From contig CM007990.1 in the NCBI GenBank assembly GCA_002189035.1, positions 496,001-560,000 on the forward strand: a stretch of 64,000 bases of DNA, written 5' to 3'. Source of the DNA: Utricularia gibba. Lineage: Eukaryota; Plantae; Magnoliophyta. This document shows positions 12,051-25,650 of this stretch, piece by piece. Below the pieces are notes generated by a model. That model was not told where the DNA came from. It made no database searches and saw only the letters and a program-made list of their open reading frames with translations. Each line of letters opens with the position of its first letter. Within the stretch, counting starts at the first letter, position 1. A program made the position numbers and the translations under genes.

Positions 12051-13792
12051 TCAGAGCGCTACCACATCCTTCATCTGCGCAGCTTCAAGCTTTGGAAGAA
12101 GATCAGCAGCCACTTTCTGAAAGGAGACGCGATGCAGCTGAGGGGCGTTTCCATTTGCGTGAAGCTTGGAGAGCAGTGTGACATCTGCTGTGTTCAAGTG
12201 CTGCTCCAGCAACTCATCCCAAAACTCAACATCCTCGTCGAGATTCGATGCTGCGATGAGTTCCATGACTTGGTTCAGCTTAGCAACGTTCCTGCCGGCA
12301 CCAACACCCATGGCAGTGGATGCACCAACTGCATTTGCAATGGCTAGTGTGTGCACCAATGGCAGCTTGTGTATGTATCCGAATGCAATGGCGGCGACGA
12401 AACTGTCGCCGCAGCCGACGGTGTCGACGATCTTCACCTGCAGAGATTGATCAGATTGATACTCAACAGTAGTGAGTTTGTTTAGAATCGTTGAAGGAGG
12501 GATCAGTACCTTAAAACCAGGGGCACAGGATATGGTTGAAGGTGTGATGATGACAGAGCCTTTAGGACCCATCTTGATGACCACCCATTTGGTTCGTTTT
12601 CCATTGCTGAGAAGATACTTTCCTGCTAAAATGGGATCTTCTATGCCTGTCAATGCTTCAGCCTGCAAGGGGGGAATGAACAAAACATTGGACATGCATA
12701 TTGTTGTTAGTTATCCTTGTTGTTCTTCAGTTTGCACCTCTTCAGAAGTCAATAGCAGAACATCACTGAACCGGAGGTACTCTTCTAAAGCCATTCGTTG
12801 CTCATGGCTGCCGGACATCAGGTGCTTCCCTCGGGGTCCAGGGTCGAAAAATATTGACACCCCGACATCAACAGCATAACTCAGGGCAGACAGGAGCAAA
12901 TGAGGAGACAATTCATCAAAACCATATCCATTGCAGAATATTACTTTTGATTGTCTTATAGCCATCTTTGCATCATTTGAAAGTGTGCTCAGCCAACTGA
13001 AGGTAGGCTCCTTGCTGAAATCAGCTCGGCTGACAAGAACCGGAACATACCATTAGTGAACAAACTTTCCAATATGTGAAAGTACCAATGAAATCACCTG
13101 CAAAAACCATGCTTTTGTAGAGGATCCACAAGTACCCAGCACAGAAGCGTTTCATATGCCATGGAAGAGGTATCGGCATCATTCTGCTCACTCATTTCCA
13201 CCATGCTTATACCTTGATCATCGAGCACATCCAGGAGGAAGCGACCGTAGGCTTCCTTACCAACATGGCCAATAGTAGCAACACGCATTCCTAGTCTAGC
13301 TGCAGCAATGGCCATATTGCAGTTGCCGCCAGCTTCCCAGTATTCCTATCAGCAGAGATAACAACACTATTGTGTCTACTACACAGAAGTGACTTCAAAT
13401 GAAATCAACACTAAATAGGAATCATTCAAAACCTTATCAGGAGGAGACTTGGACAGCTGTTCCAAATAAGCTTTACGTTCATCCAAGGGCTTAGGAGGCA
13501 ATTTGGGTACACTAAGCACAACGTCAACACACAAATTCCCCAGCGTAGCGACGTCGATATCCTTTCCCGAGAACGATCCAACCCAATCCTCCTCCACCCG
13601 CCCATAGCAGGGGACTGTCAAACAGTTCGAGCGGTGCCTCCGCACAGGGATTTCAACCCCTCTACATTTCCACACCAAAAAATTACGTAAATACTCATTT
13701 TTGGAAGGTAATCTAGGGTTTTGAAAGGATTCCGGATGCGGAGAGAAGAGGGCATAGTCGTATTTCACTCCCAACGCCACGTGACCTTGCAT
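12051..13792 (-). CDS. pfkB/ribokinase-family carbohydrate/nucleoside kinase, probably plastidic (5 exons)
   Basis: DVATLGNLCVDVVL, EYWEAGGNCNMAIAAARLG, IFFDPGPRG, VVIKMGPKG, VDTVGCGDSFVAAIAFG (pfkB signature). Confidence 0.93.
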
Positions 13793-14281
13793 CTACGAAC
13801 GGGCCTGCCGCAACGCTGAGAATAAAAAAATCTGCAACGGAATTCCTGAAACAACGAAGCCAATCGAAGAAGAAGAAGAAGATGCAAAATCAAAACTGGG
13901 AAGCTGTTCCAGGTTTCTTCACTTAGAGTGGATCACAAGACGTCAAACATGACAATTACACGGATAGATACTTTAATTAATTAATTATCTATTTTAATGA
14001 TTTAATCCAATTAAAAATTATTTAACATTCAAATTTTATAATAAATATTTAAAATATCACTGTATTTTATAATATGTGAAATAATAGAAAAAAATAAATT
14101 AAACAAAATTTATGTGAAAGAATTAAGTATTTTTATTATTAAAAAATCGTTATTTTTTGAGAAATAATATGGGAAAAAAAAATCCTCTTACGCCTGTCCA
14201 AGTTTGACTTCTTTTCTGCGAGTGTTGAAGATAAGGTTGATTTTTCAACCCACATGCTGGGAATGGGATGATTGCTTTGTG

Positions 14282-14288
14282 TATAAAT
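14282..14288 (+). promoter_or_regulatory. TATA box of the proteinase inhibitor gene
   Basis: TATAAAT about 70 nt upstream of ATG 14353. Confidence 0.6.
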
Positions 14289-14352
14289 AAGAATGCAGGG
14301 GCGGTAGCACCGCAGAGGGAAGAGGAAGAAGGAGGAGGAAGAGTGGCAAGAG

Positions 14353-14646
14353 ATGTCGCAGTGCCCAGGTAATGCAGATGGATGATGACCCGGTCCAAGT
14401 ACTTTCTTGTTTATGGTGAAAAGATTGTGAGTTTGTTGGTGGGTTGATGCAGGGAAGCAAGAATGGCCGGAGCTGGTGCGCTGCCCAGGGAGGGAGGCGG
14501 CGGCGGTGGTGGAGAGGGAGAATAAAAACGTTCACGCGATAATCCTCCCGGATGGATCTCCGACCACCAAGGACTTCCGCTGCGACCGCGTTTGGATATT
14601 TGTTGACAACCGCGGCCTCGTCGTTCGCCCGCCGCAGGTCACTTGA
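14353..14646 (+). CDS. Potato inhibitor I family serine proteinase inhibitor (2 exons; absent from ORF track)
   Basis: MSQCP|GKQEWPELVRCPGREAAAVVERENKNVHAIILPDGSPTTKDFRCDRVWIFVDNRGLVVRPPQVT*, with the family motifs WPELV and DFRCDRV. Confidence 0.93.
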
Positions 14647-14820
14647 CGGCGGCGGCGGCGCCACGTTTCCCCGCTCCGGCGGTTGTATACGTCATGCATG
14701 ATAATATAAGTAAAAGCAGTGGTTGCCATGGCTGTTTCGGCCGCATATGAACCAGAAAGCTTTATTTCCATTGAAAGTGATAACCTAAACAGGAGCTTCA
14801 ATGTCGAACTAGACAGATGT

Positions 14821-16096
14821 TTAAGTAACCCGGATGAGCAAAACCACCATGATGAAGATGCACGTCATGGCGAAGATGAGAACCCAGGTGAAGCATGAAG
14901 TTGCCGAGCTCTGCGAGTAAATCTCCGTCGCACGAGCCACTGCGTGCCCGGTGCTCGCCAAGCTCTGTTCCATAGCTTTCTCCGTGGAATCGAGTATCTG
15001 AAACAAGAAAAGATTTAACAGAAGAACAAAAGGGCTGCCAGGGAGGAATCACCTCACCTTCTCTTCGTTTCTGATGGACTGACTCATTGCAAGGCTATTC
15101 TCTTTCAGTTGCCTCGCCAAATCAACCATATCATCAGTCAGATCCTCTTGCAGCTTTCTGAGCAAGTCGAAACAACGTGTGTATTCATACATTTGCACAG
15201 AGATTAATGAGCTGCAACCTGTACATGGTTCTAGAAAAGAATATCAGAAGTACCTGTGTCTCTCAATATGAGTCTCTGCATCTGCATCCAACTTCACAAG
15301 CTTTTCAGAGGAACTCCCGGGAACCGCTTGGGAAGTGGGGTGTTCTGATGAAGTTCTGCACAAAGTGAGCGTAATATGTACGAGGTTTCCAAGGATTTTT
15401 CACAGCAAGATTGTTGAGATCATGCTCACAACAAGATTCTTCGCCTCAGTCCTCCAGAGGACCAAGCAATTTCTCCCTCTGTTACAAAATGGGACTCGCT
15501 GGCCCTGGTCTCATTGGCAGGCTCCTCAGCATCTTCTGTACTGGGCTGGAGTTTCAGATGGAAAAAAAGCATTAGAAGTAACTAAAACATATGCAGAGGA
15601 GAGACAACCGGAGGTTGAATGCAAGCTTATAACTTAAGTTCATGAGGGCTGCTTCAAAGCACCCACCGCAGATACAGCTGCTTTGGTTGCTATGGCTTCG
15701 ATCTTCTCAGAATACTCATTCAACAAGGCTTTTGAAACCCTGCATGTCAACAAGCTCATTATTTGAATTGGGTTCAGCATCAAATTGCCACAGACCAAAC
15801 TCCTAGGTGCAGAAATATGACTCCATACTCCGAAGTTTCTCCAAGAAAGATGCACAAACCTTGGAAAACCGTCAGAGTTCTTTTCGTTGGACAGTTCTTC
15901 GAGTTGCTCCCGCAGTGTGGTTACATACTTGACACCCAGAACAAGGAAAAACTTCATAAACAGGTTGATCTTTATTGATAGAGACGAAGACCCACATAAA
16001 TTAAGCACCTACATGCATCAGCTTCGCTTGATTTTGTTGATTGGGAGCTGCTACCAGTAATCTTCTCAAATTCACTTCCGTTTTGCTAAGGCCCAT
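14821..16096 (-). CDS. USE1: USE1 (ER Qc-SNARE)
   Basis: [28 protein letters not shown]|[12 protein letters not shown]...|[17 protein letters not shown]...; C-terminal [27 protein letters not shown]. Confidence 0.9.
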
Positions 16097-16720
16097 CCTT
16101 GATCCAAAAGACAACAATGGTTTCGCGACGAATTGAAAACTCTATACAAATCCGCGGCCAACTTTTTCTTCAAAATCGCGTCTTTCCAAAGTTGGATTCA
16201 GCAGGAGCGAAAACTGGAGATTTGCAATTCACCCGAGGGATTTCTGGAAGAGCGAAAATGGGGAATTGAGGAAGAAAGGAATTTTCCGAAGGGAAACGGG
16301 AAGAAGATGAACTGGTAGAAGGGGATCAGTGAGGCCCAGCAACGAAGATGGACTGAGCTTCTCCAGGCCCGAGCAACAAAGTGGGGCTGCAGAAAGATGG
16401 ACTGGACGGCCGCCATTAAAGCCTCGGGCTGGTTCTCCAAGGCTTCTTCGTGCTTAGGATGTGGATCATCTTCTCTGGTTGTTCTCTTGCTCTTACCTGC
16501 GTTCTCTTGCAACTGCCACAGGCCATTACAAAGCAAAGCAGCAATGTAAAAAGATTTCATGTTTCCCTGTCCGTGTTGACACTTGAACTAAAGAAAGCAG
16601 AGATGTCAGAGACGGTTTGAGTTCTAAAATTACAAAATTTGTAGTCTGCAATGAGCCACTTCCACAGATAACACAAGACAAGGTCTGCAAACACTGTGTA
16701 TCAAGCCCTGAAGACGACTC

Positions 16721-19700
16721 TCATGAAGCTTTCAACTTGGAAGAAGAAGCGGCTGCTGCAAGGTGAGACAGAGTCTTGTGTCCCACCAACAACAAGAACG
16801 GTCCGAGAAGACAGAGCGCCTTCAATGTGGTGAACAGATCCAACTGCAGATAAACAGCATATTGCTTTGTTAAAAAACCAAAGTTGGGTTGCTCTTAAAC
16901 CCTCACTAGACAAGTATTCACCTTGATCCAGAACGCTGCATACAGCAATAGCACAGCGGCGATGCCAACATGGAAGAGAAGTGCAAATACTGCTGAAGTA
17001 GTTGTCTTGGGGAAACCCTTGATGTTAGCACCAAGGCTGAAAGGCTGCAGAGAAGGAATGACAATTGAGATGGCTGATTTAACAGATAAACTGAAAGGAG
17101 GGGAGAGGATGGAGGAGGTGAACACCGTTGCAACTAAGAAACTGATGAACGGTATGATCACTAATGCCAAAAAGATGTTGGAGAGCCAGGCAGGGGCCGT
17201 CTTCTCGGGAGCCCGGAAGATGTGAGATATTTCTGCCTTGGGTCCGTATCTGGAGTAAAGGTCCACACGCTGAGGTGGTGGCCGGGGTACTTTTTCGGGT
17301 GCATCCGGAAGATCTAATTCAATGTGACCCAGAGTTTGGTGGAAGGAGTTCTCCTATAGCAGGGAAACTTCAGCAATTGAAAAATTGCATACATTGTGAA
17401 TTTTCTGTAAGAAGAAATTACCATTACAGAGTCCCCCAGTGTTAGCTCAATGCCATATCTACCGGAGAGATAAAACAGCTTCTCAACCAGCCCAAGAAAA
17501 TCCTGCAAAAGCAAAGCAACATTGAAAATGCTGATGGTAGGTGACATAACTGTGATAATTGGCATAAAAGGAGCAAGCAGAGTTCCATTGTCAGTCCAAA
17601 ACTAGACAGTAGTAAGAAGTTCTACTGGAACTCAACTAGAGAGATCTCAAATTTTTTGATGGAGCTCCCAACCAGAAAGATGTGTTCAACTCCACTCTCA
17701 TGTGTCAATTTCAGGAATGCCTGCGCAGAACATTGAAAGAAGATCATGAGACCTTTGCAAAACAAACTTTCGTGTCTGTAGACTAGATTTTTCCCACCTG
17801 CTTAGGCCTGAAAGCATTTTGAGATAGAGTGCTCAAGTGAAAGGACAGTCTCATCTTCTGCAGGTGGTTAGCAGATAAAGCAACAGCATTCTCTCTGTGT
17901 AGGTCTAGCCTGAATTACAAAATGGAGAAAAAGGAACTATGTGAACCAGTAGCATACTACCTTAAAACAAACTTTATTGGTATGATATTTTCAGATCATT
18001 TTATACTCAAGCATTTATTCACTCCAAAGCAAGAAAAGGATGAAAGATATGAACAAGGTAGAAAGAAACCCGCAGCATGATGAAACATGACCAAAATGAA
18101 CTAGTTGTGAGGAGGAAAATATACTTTGCGGACTCAGAGCTCCCACTATCACTGTCAAGAATTGTGATCTCTGCATTTTCAATCCTAACAACTCCAGTGA
18201 TATAAATAGGTACTTTAGTACGGCCCCCAGTGGCATAGTTTCCTTTTTCTTCTGAATCAGCAAACGAAATCTATAAAATCCAAGACATGAGAGTACGGAG
18301 TAAATGAAAATGGTCCTTCATGAGGGTACTACAGGAAGATGACTACGAGAAACAGAAGTACCTCAAAAGAGAAAACATAGCTTCCAATATCAATACTTGA
18401 AGGCAATGTTTCCAAGACATGCACCTCATTTTCAGGGTCATAATTCAGCTTCTACTCGAGGAGATTCAAATTTGTCAGACAGTCAACATGGAAATAAAAG
18501 AGTCTAAAAAGACAATCCTTCAGTTTCTCATACGTGCACATGTACCTGATCAATAACAGAACCATCTTTTGAACCCTGGGTGAATATCTGCATGAGCTTG
18601 ACTGCCACATTTGGAGCTGCAGACCCTAAAACAGTGGTAGCTTTTACCTAATAAAGAGCAACAGAGTAAGAATAGATGCTACAAGATCGTTCCTACGCAG
18701 GAAAAGAGAATCAGGACTAGTTACATACCTTGACTTGATCATTCCTTGTCGTTGAAATAACAGTGGCCGGGAATGACAAAATCAATGGTACTGATCCTCT
18801 GGAAAAGAAACATAAATCGAATGTCATAGTGGATACAGCACGCAGCATTAAGAAGAGAATCATGACACACATACTTTATGTTGTTTATGCAAGCCAAGGC
18901 ATCAATTTGATAATACAAGTCCTTGGCACTTCCGGGAACTCCAATACCAAGAAAGAACTTAGCCAATCCCAGAATTTTCTCATCTGGAAGCTGCTTCCAT
19001 AAAAAAAAAAAAAATGTTTTCAGGGGACAGAACCTAAAGTTGAAGGTAGACGGTTGACCAAATATGTAAGAAAAAATGTAAAACTAACACGTAAACTTTC
19101 AGGAGCAACTGCAGAAAATGCAGCTATTCCACGAACAACTGCTGCTGAAACGAAAAGAGGACCCTGATTCCCATGCGCATCAACAAGTTTCTCTTCAAAG
19201 TAATAGGTCCCATCATCTGAAAACCATGAAGAGATTCAATACTGATAACAACTAAAATAAAGAGAAGGATTATTTGAAGAATCTGAAAGTGCATTAGACC
19301 AGAAGTTTACGTATCATCAAAAGAGATTGCATACCATATCTTTCAATTCCATCAAAAAGCTTTACAATATCATTTTTCAGATCAGCAACCTAACATTTTG
19401 ATCAAATAGACCAAATTAGGATTGCCGGAAAGTAATGGTGACACTCATTTGACATCAGATGATAATAATGCAGGTTTACCAAATGCTCATCATCTACGGG
19501 GATTAAATGAAAAAAATAGAAGACAAACCACATTTTGATCAATTCCAGAAGATGATAAGGAAATAACTCCAGCAATAGCTTCAATAGCAATACCTACAGA
19601 ATATGTGAGAACCATTAAATAAAAAATGCATGAATGTGAATCGCACATGAAAGAAGAGATAGTGATAAATGAATATGGCAATAAAAAAAAATGTGTAACT

Positions 19701-20865
19701 CAGAATATTCATCCATTACCAGCTGCATCAAACCTAGACTCGGGGTTGTTTGAATTGAGGCGCCACCTACCATCACTTTGACTGAGAGCCTAAAAACAGC
19801 TGGCTAGTTAGGAATACTTCAAAAAAGAAAAAAAATCCATAGAGCATAATCTGCACAAATGACTGCAACAAATATGACAACCATTATTGACTGGGCAACT
19901 CTTTCAGCATCTCCTTCATTTATATGCACTTCAGGAGTGTGATCCTGCAGAACAAGTGGGAAAGATTATAGAATCAAATGGAAAATACAAATGAAGAAAG
20001 ATTGATATATCCGAGTAAACAAAACAAAGTTACCTTTAGTAGCACCAAGCTTTGAATTGCATGGTAAAAATCATGAAGATCACTGGCACCACTGAGAGAA
20101 TCTGTAAGTCTGGATTGAATGCCCTGGAAACCAAATGACACGGTCAGAAAATAAATCTCCGCACTTATGACACATGTTCCTAGATAAGAGAAGTGAACAA
20201 CAAGTGCAAGGATAAATGTCCAAAATACCTGAAAAGCCCCATGCTGGATTTCACAATTCAACAAGCTTTTAGCCCTCAGAGCATGAAATAAATGCTTGGT
20301 GTCTGAAGTTGGGGACTTCAACGCATCATGTACAGAAGCACAGCCAGAAGTACTTATATCAGCCCTTTTTTCAACCCCCAGAACCTGAAATGTCCTTAGT
20401 GCCTCATACGTCTCCTCCAAGCTGGAAACATCACATGAAAGTAAGAACACAATTGCACCTAAGAAAAACGCAAAATGGTAGATTACATCATTTCAGTTTA
20501 ACATTCACTCTACAATGCTGAAACAACTTCAACTGAAATGAGCATTCAAAACGGATCAAATCAACCGACCACATTAAGGGGCATTAGGACAAAAGTTCAA
20601 CGCTTTCCATAAAAATGCCTTATTTAGAAGGGAAAATGCAGTCCACATCGGATGACATAAACCACAAAAGGCCTCAATTGTAAGATGACAAGGGCATCTA
20701 TATTTTTTATAATGACCTCCCAAAACGTCCATCCGCGGAAGCAAACAACTCCAATGCGGCAAGTCGATGTGGTTCCGACACTGGGTGAACGATCTTTGAT
20801 TCGGTAGCCCAGGCCAGGGCAAAGAGCGCAGCAATCAGCAGGCCGAGACTCATCTTCATTCCCAT
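16721..20865 (-). CDS. RPN2: Ribophorin II / oligosaccharyltransferase subunit 2 (many exons)
   Basis: Signal peptide then [15 protein letters not shown]; [15 protein letters not shown]; [16 protein letters not shown]; three C-terminal TM segments ending [22 protein letters not shown]. Confidence 0.9.
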
Positions 20866-21223
20866 GAAAGCTGTAGGCACGAATAGCGCCCCCAATTCTT
20901 CAGAAAAAACCCACCAACAGTGGGGAGAAGCCGATTTCTCCGCACCAAAACTTTCCAGTCCCCGTTTCAGAGAGAACCAAGAACACGGAGCTCTGAATGG
21001 TGATGTTGAGTCAACGAGTGTGACGTAATGTTCATTTCCCAATTTACCCTTCAAATTAGCAGGCCCAAATACTAACAGGCTTCCAAACAAAATACAAGCC
21101 CAAGGCCCGCTCTTTTGATATTAAAATAAAACAAAATAATTTTGTAATTTTTTAAAAAGAAATTGAACCCGCGAAGATAGCAGCACCCTTTTCCGAATTC
21201 AGAGCTCGGAAACCCAGGAGACG

Positions 21224-21657
21224 ATGTCGTTGGCGTCTCGTAGTGGTGCGCGAGGCCTCCGTCTACAAGATTCCGCCGCGACCAACCAGCGGCGGCTACA
21301 AGTACGGCGATTGGCTCCAGTCCGACAAGATCTGCTCCGATAGACTTCGCCGCCTGCGGCACCAGATGCGAGATCCGTTCGGAAGACCAAATTCAGGGGA
21401 ACTCTTCCCCAGCGTGCTTATTAAAGGCCGGGGCAAAGGGAGGCGGCGGTGGAGCCTGCTTAATTCTCACGGTACTTCGTGCTGAGGATCGAGGATGGGC
21501 GTGGGAATCACGCTTTTATTGGAGTGGGGTTTGATGAGAGAAACGAGGCGTTTGATTTCAACGTTGCGTAGTTCGGACCACGACAAGTGAAGGAGCAGTA
21601 ATGGCTCCGAGCAGAGCACATATTGGTATTCACCCTGCAGTTAATCACAGTTTCAAG
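21224..21657 (+). pseudogene. Decayed NECAP (adaptin ear-binding coat-associated protein) gene
   Basis: Across shifting frames: [103 protein letters not shown]|gt; several indels and stop codons. Confidence 0.85.
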
Positions 21658-22049
21658 GTGATTCACTTCGTCGCCTTCTTCTTTAACTGCAGTGCATTTT
21701 GCCCATTTTTCATAGTAGGGATCTTGGCAAATGAAACTGCATTGGGTTGTCTCCCTTCAGTTGATTGGAGGAATGACTTTGCAAGTCATCTGCATCCTGA
21801 ATTCAAATGCTTCATGACCTAGAAAAAGTGCAGCTTTCTGAAGTGTTTTACATGCGACAGAGATTCCTTTATCTGTTACCGCGTACTCATGTGAAGCTTT
21901 GGTCTCAATCAGCAGGAGCACGACCGTCCATCACTAATCGCTGTATTTCTAATTTCACCTGCAATACGATATTCAGTATTCTATACAGGGTTCCTTTAGT
22001 CCATGAAGCAAGATAAAGAAGGTTGTAGAACTGAAGAAGTGAAAGCACA

Positions 22050-23346
22050 CTACCTCCAATGACCAATCGATGCAGTGTCGTCAATGAATGAAGGTTTCTT
22101 TGCATTATAGTAGAAGTGTGCGATCATTAGCACCAACTCCTCAGCAGTTCTGAACTCTGGAAACCATGCAGATTACAAGGGAAGGTGAAAAGAATTCTAT
22201 TATGTGTGTTCTACAGGGGAATGAAGAAAATCCTTACCTTTTTCCCTGTAAAGTATCTTGTTTCCACGAAGGAACAGAATTTGAGGGCACTCTTTGGCTT
22301 TAAGAGCATATGCCAAGTCTCTTTCGATGTTTACATCGATCTTGATCGTCTGGTTTGGAATCAAGTTATAACCAATACTTTCATCTTGCAAAATGTGCAC
22401 AAGAAATGGAACTGACCCGAGGAGGCAACCGATCCTTTGCTTTCCAATATAATTCTGCTGCTTTCTCCAATTCTCTTAGAACTTTCCAGTTCAAGCTGGA
22501 CCTGAGACAGAGAATACTTTTCAGACAAATTCATCCGACCAAAGATTTCAGACAAAGTAGCTAGTTTTCTTGCCTGTTGTAGCGTTCAAAAACAAGAACT
22601 ATCAGTGGACTCGGGTGGAAAGCAAAGCTCTCCCACTCAAGGCAATTGATCTCCTTCACCAAGCCATGGTCGATCTCTCCTTCCCAATCAATCTCAGTCC
22701 CATCTTCCCCTACAACATTCTTTATTGAATGCTGCTCAAAATAATCAGATGCCCTGATTCCCCAGCCAACATCTGCATCCAGTGGCCAACTTGAATCCTC
22801 CTCCTCCACCAGCATTGTTTTCTCTCCGGTTTCAGAATCAACACCATCCATTTCATCATCGGATGATTCGTCATCAAAACCTGTGAAACTGTCATCGCGA
22901 TCAACCTTATCTTTGATGATCTTCTCCATGTCTTTGAGAATTCCAGGGTTCTGCTGCCTAATTGAATCAAATGTTCGTTGCAGAGAATCCCGCACGAAGT
23001 CCTCAACAGCTGCTGCTTCGCTCTTACGCCCACGCCTCAGTTTTTTTGGGATCATTTCTGGAAAGGGCTTGTCTGAATCTTCATTCTTCTTCTCCACCCC
23101 TTTGGTTCTACGAGGACGAGGTTTCTTAGACTTAGGATTAAGATCATCCGCGTTTGTAGCAGAGTTCGCTGCATCAGCTGAAGATGCTATTACGCTTTTG
23201 GCCTTGCGAGGAAGTTGAGAAAGAAAGCGTCCACTTGAAGATGAAGTTGTAACTTCAACTCTCTTGGGAGGTAACGACAAGGAGAGGAGGTTGAAACCAG
23301 GACCAGCATTCATACCAGAGACAGAGAACAACATCTGCAAATTCAT
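22050..23346 (-). CDS. MRL7: Thioredoxin-like fold protein MRL7/ECB1/RCB, chloroplastic
   Basis: [110 protein letters not shown]. Confidence 0.92.
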
Positions 23347-24488
23347 TACGCTTGAAACCTTGACTTCAGACCTGCTACCGTAAGTAAAACAACGAACCTG
23401 TCAGAAAAAATCATCACACCATCCACCCAACAAATCACACACGAAGAAATCAAGCAATTGTTTTTCACCCAAATAAGCTCAAAGTCAAAATTCACTGAAG
23501 ACATGTTACGAACCACAAAAACCCAGTTCCAAAAACATTCAGCATCATTACTGTCACTTAAATACCGCCAAGTGAAGAATTGTTCGGGCAGGCATTTCAT
23601 CGAACACTTGGCAGTTGGCACAGAAGAAAAATTATTCTTTCTAGCAAACACCAGCACATATGGATAGAAACAACACCCCAAGCGCAGAACCCCAATTTGA
23701 GCCGCAGTAAAGCGGCATGAACACGATTAACCCGGAGAAAAAAAGGAAGCGAAAACCCACCGTCACAGACCTCCCACTCCCCTTCTCATCTCAAAACCCC
23801 CGGTGGATATTCCGTCCGTACTACCGTGTTCTTTATTCAGTTTATTTTTGTAGAGTATTTTGATAAATTAAGTAAAAAAAATTCCACCCTAAAATGAAAG
23901 AAAAGTATATTTTAAAAAATAATTTTATTTTTCTTAAATTACAAAACATTTTTATTAATATTCAAATACCTTCTTTTTGGGAGAAAAATAATATTATAAA
24001 CATTTTATATGTTCTTATTTTGAGGCACGTTGAATCAAAGGTGATAATCAAATTTAAAATTAAAATATTTATAATACGATAAAATTGGAATTATTATCTG
24101 ACAAATAAATGCGCGCAACGTGTCCATACACTGACCGAACACGTGGTGTGTTTCTGCGTAATTTCGCAACAGTGATAAATGGAGTAGCTGATCTGACAAT
24201 TTATAGTAATTTATTTTAAAAAGTTCAATTTTCACCAATTGTTTTCAGACAAATTCATGTAATAAATATTTTAAAATATTTGAATATCGTGTCTGTAAAA
24301 TCGAGAATAACACAAGTTAAAAAGGGACACCATGGCCCACACAGTCGAATAATCAAAAACAAAAAGATGTAAAACAGTGGAGTCGAGAAATGACGAATTT
24401 ACCCTTCTGGATTTTCTAATTTAATTTTTTTTTTCGAAGTAAAAGGGAAAAGAACGAAGCTTGACGAGGAGGAATACCTTAACCTTAC

Positions 24489-25650
24489 CTACATTAACGA
24501 CTTGAGAGACCTCGCTTTGATCGGCTTCCGTGCACGTTTCTTCCCAAGCTCCTCGTCTTCATCTTCGTCTTCGTCGTCTGGTGCGTCGTCGTCGGCGGCG
24601 GCGGTGGCGTCGAGAAAATCGAATTCGTCGGACATCAGGAGCGACCCGTAGATTTCATGTTCGTATTCGAAGCTGGAGGTTTGGTTTTCCTGCGTTCTCT
24701 TCTTGCCCCACCTGGGGCCGAACCCGGAGTAGTAGTAGAACTCGTTGGGGTTCGAGGAAGATGTCTTGGGCGGAGCTTTTTTCGGGCGGGAACGATGCGG
24801 ACGCGCCGCCGGCTGTTTCTCTGTTTTACTAGAGTAGCTTTTAACCTGCGATAGGGGGTGGTCACAGAGGGAATGCTCCTCTCGCGGGTATTGCCAGCTT
24901 TTCCCGTCCGATTCGCTGCACAAAATCGGTGGGTGGCTTTCCGCCGCCGCGGTGACGGGAAAATAATCCTCCGGCGGCCTAAAAAATAGATACCTCGCAT
25001 CATTTTCACAGCACTGTTCGGATAAGCAATCAGCAATCGACCGCAAAGGAGGAACCACCTTATCCAGTTAAGACAATAAATTGAGTACAAGGGCGAAACT
25101 CGCAAACACTATGGAAATAGGGATAGTAGGGTACGGCGAAAGAAGAGAACACAGAAGCGAGATTTTGTTTTACCGATGAAGAAAACTGCCGTCGCCGGCG
25201 AACCTATCGGCCTGCGTACGACAAAAAAAAAACATCAACAAATTTCCAGAAATGGGATCAATAATCACAACATAAAGAGGTAACCCAGAGTGAAATTCCA
25301 CTTCTCAAGCACAAAACATGGAGGGATTAAACAGCCACATACGAACCCTAGCGGCGCCCGCGATAACAAAACCCTAGAAAAAAAAAAGACCAGCCGAATG
25401 CAAAAGCGTATGCTCACAGATCTGCCCCTTCCCCCGACTCTCACCCCATTAATACACATCAATTGAGCGGCTTCGAATCGAAGGATCCAACCTCTAAAGA
25501 CGGCGGCTCCGGAGAGAACGACGGCGGCGAAAAGCTGCCGACATCCCACGGCGACTGATTCAGCTGACACACGTGAGTTCGAACTGGTACCTCCTGAAAC
25601 GACGCCGCATGGAGCGAGGGAGAGTTCTTCGCGTGGCGGCGTATCCGCAT
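24489..25650 (-). CDS. WRC-domain-like protein with degenerate zinc finger (3 exons)
   Basis: MRIRRH...VCQLNQSPWDV | ADRFAGDGSFLHR | ...CSESDGKSWQY...SLCDH...YYYSGFGPRWGKKR...KKRARKPIKARSLKSLM*; splice phases are consistent. Confidence 0.75.

Noticed and set aside
14245-14664. 139-aa minus-strand ORF with a hydrophobic tail
   Set aside because: It starts at GTG and is the antisense shadow of the plus-strand potato inhibitor I gene.
24985-25175. Apparent frame conflict at the 5' end of the last WRC exon
   Set aside because: Resolved by the acceptor ttttttag|G, which matches the phase-2 donor of the 38-nt exon.
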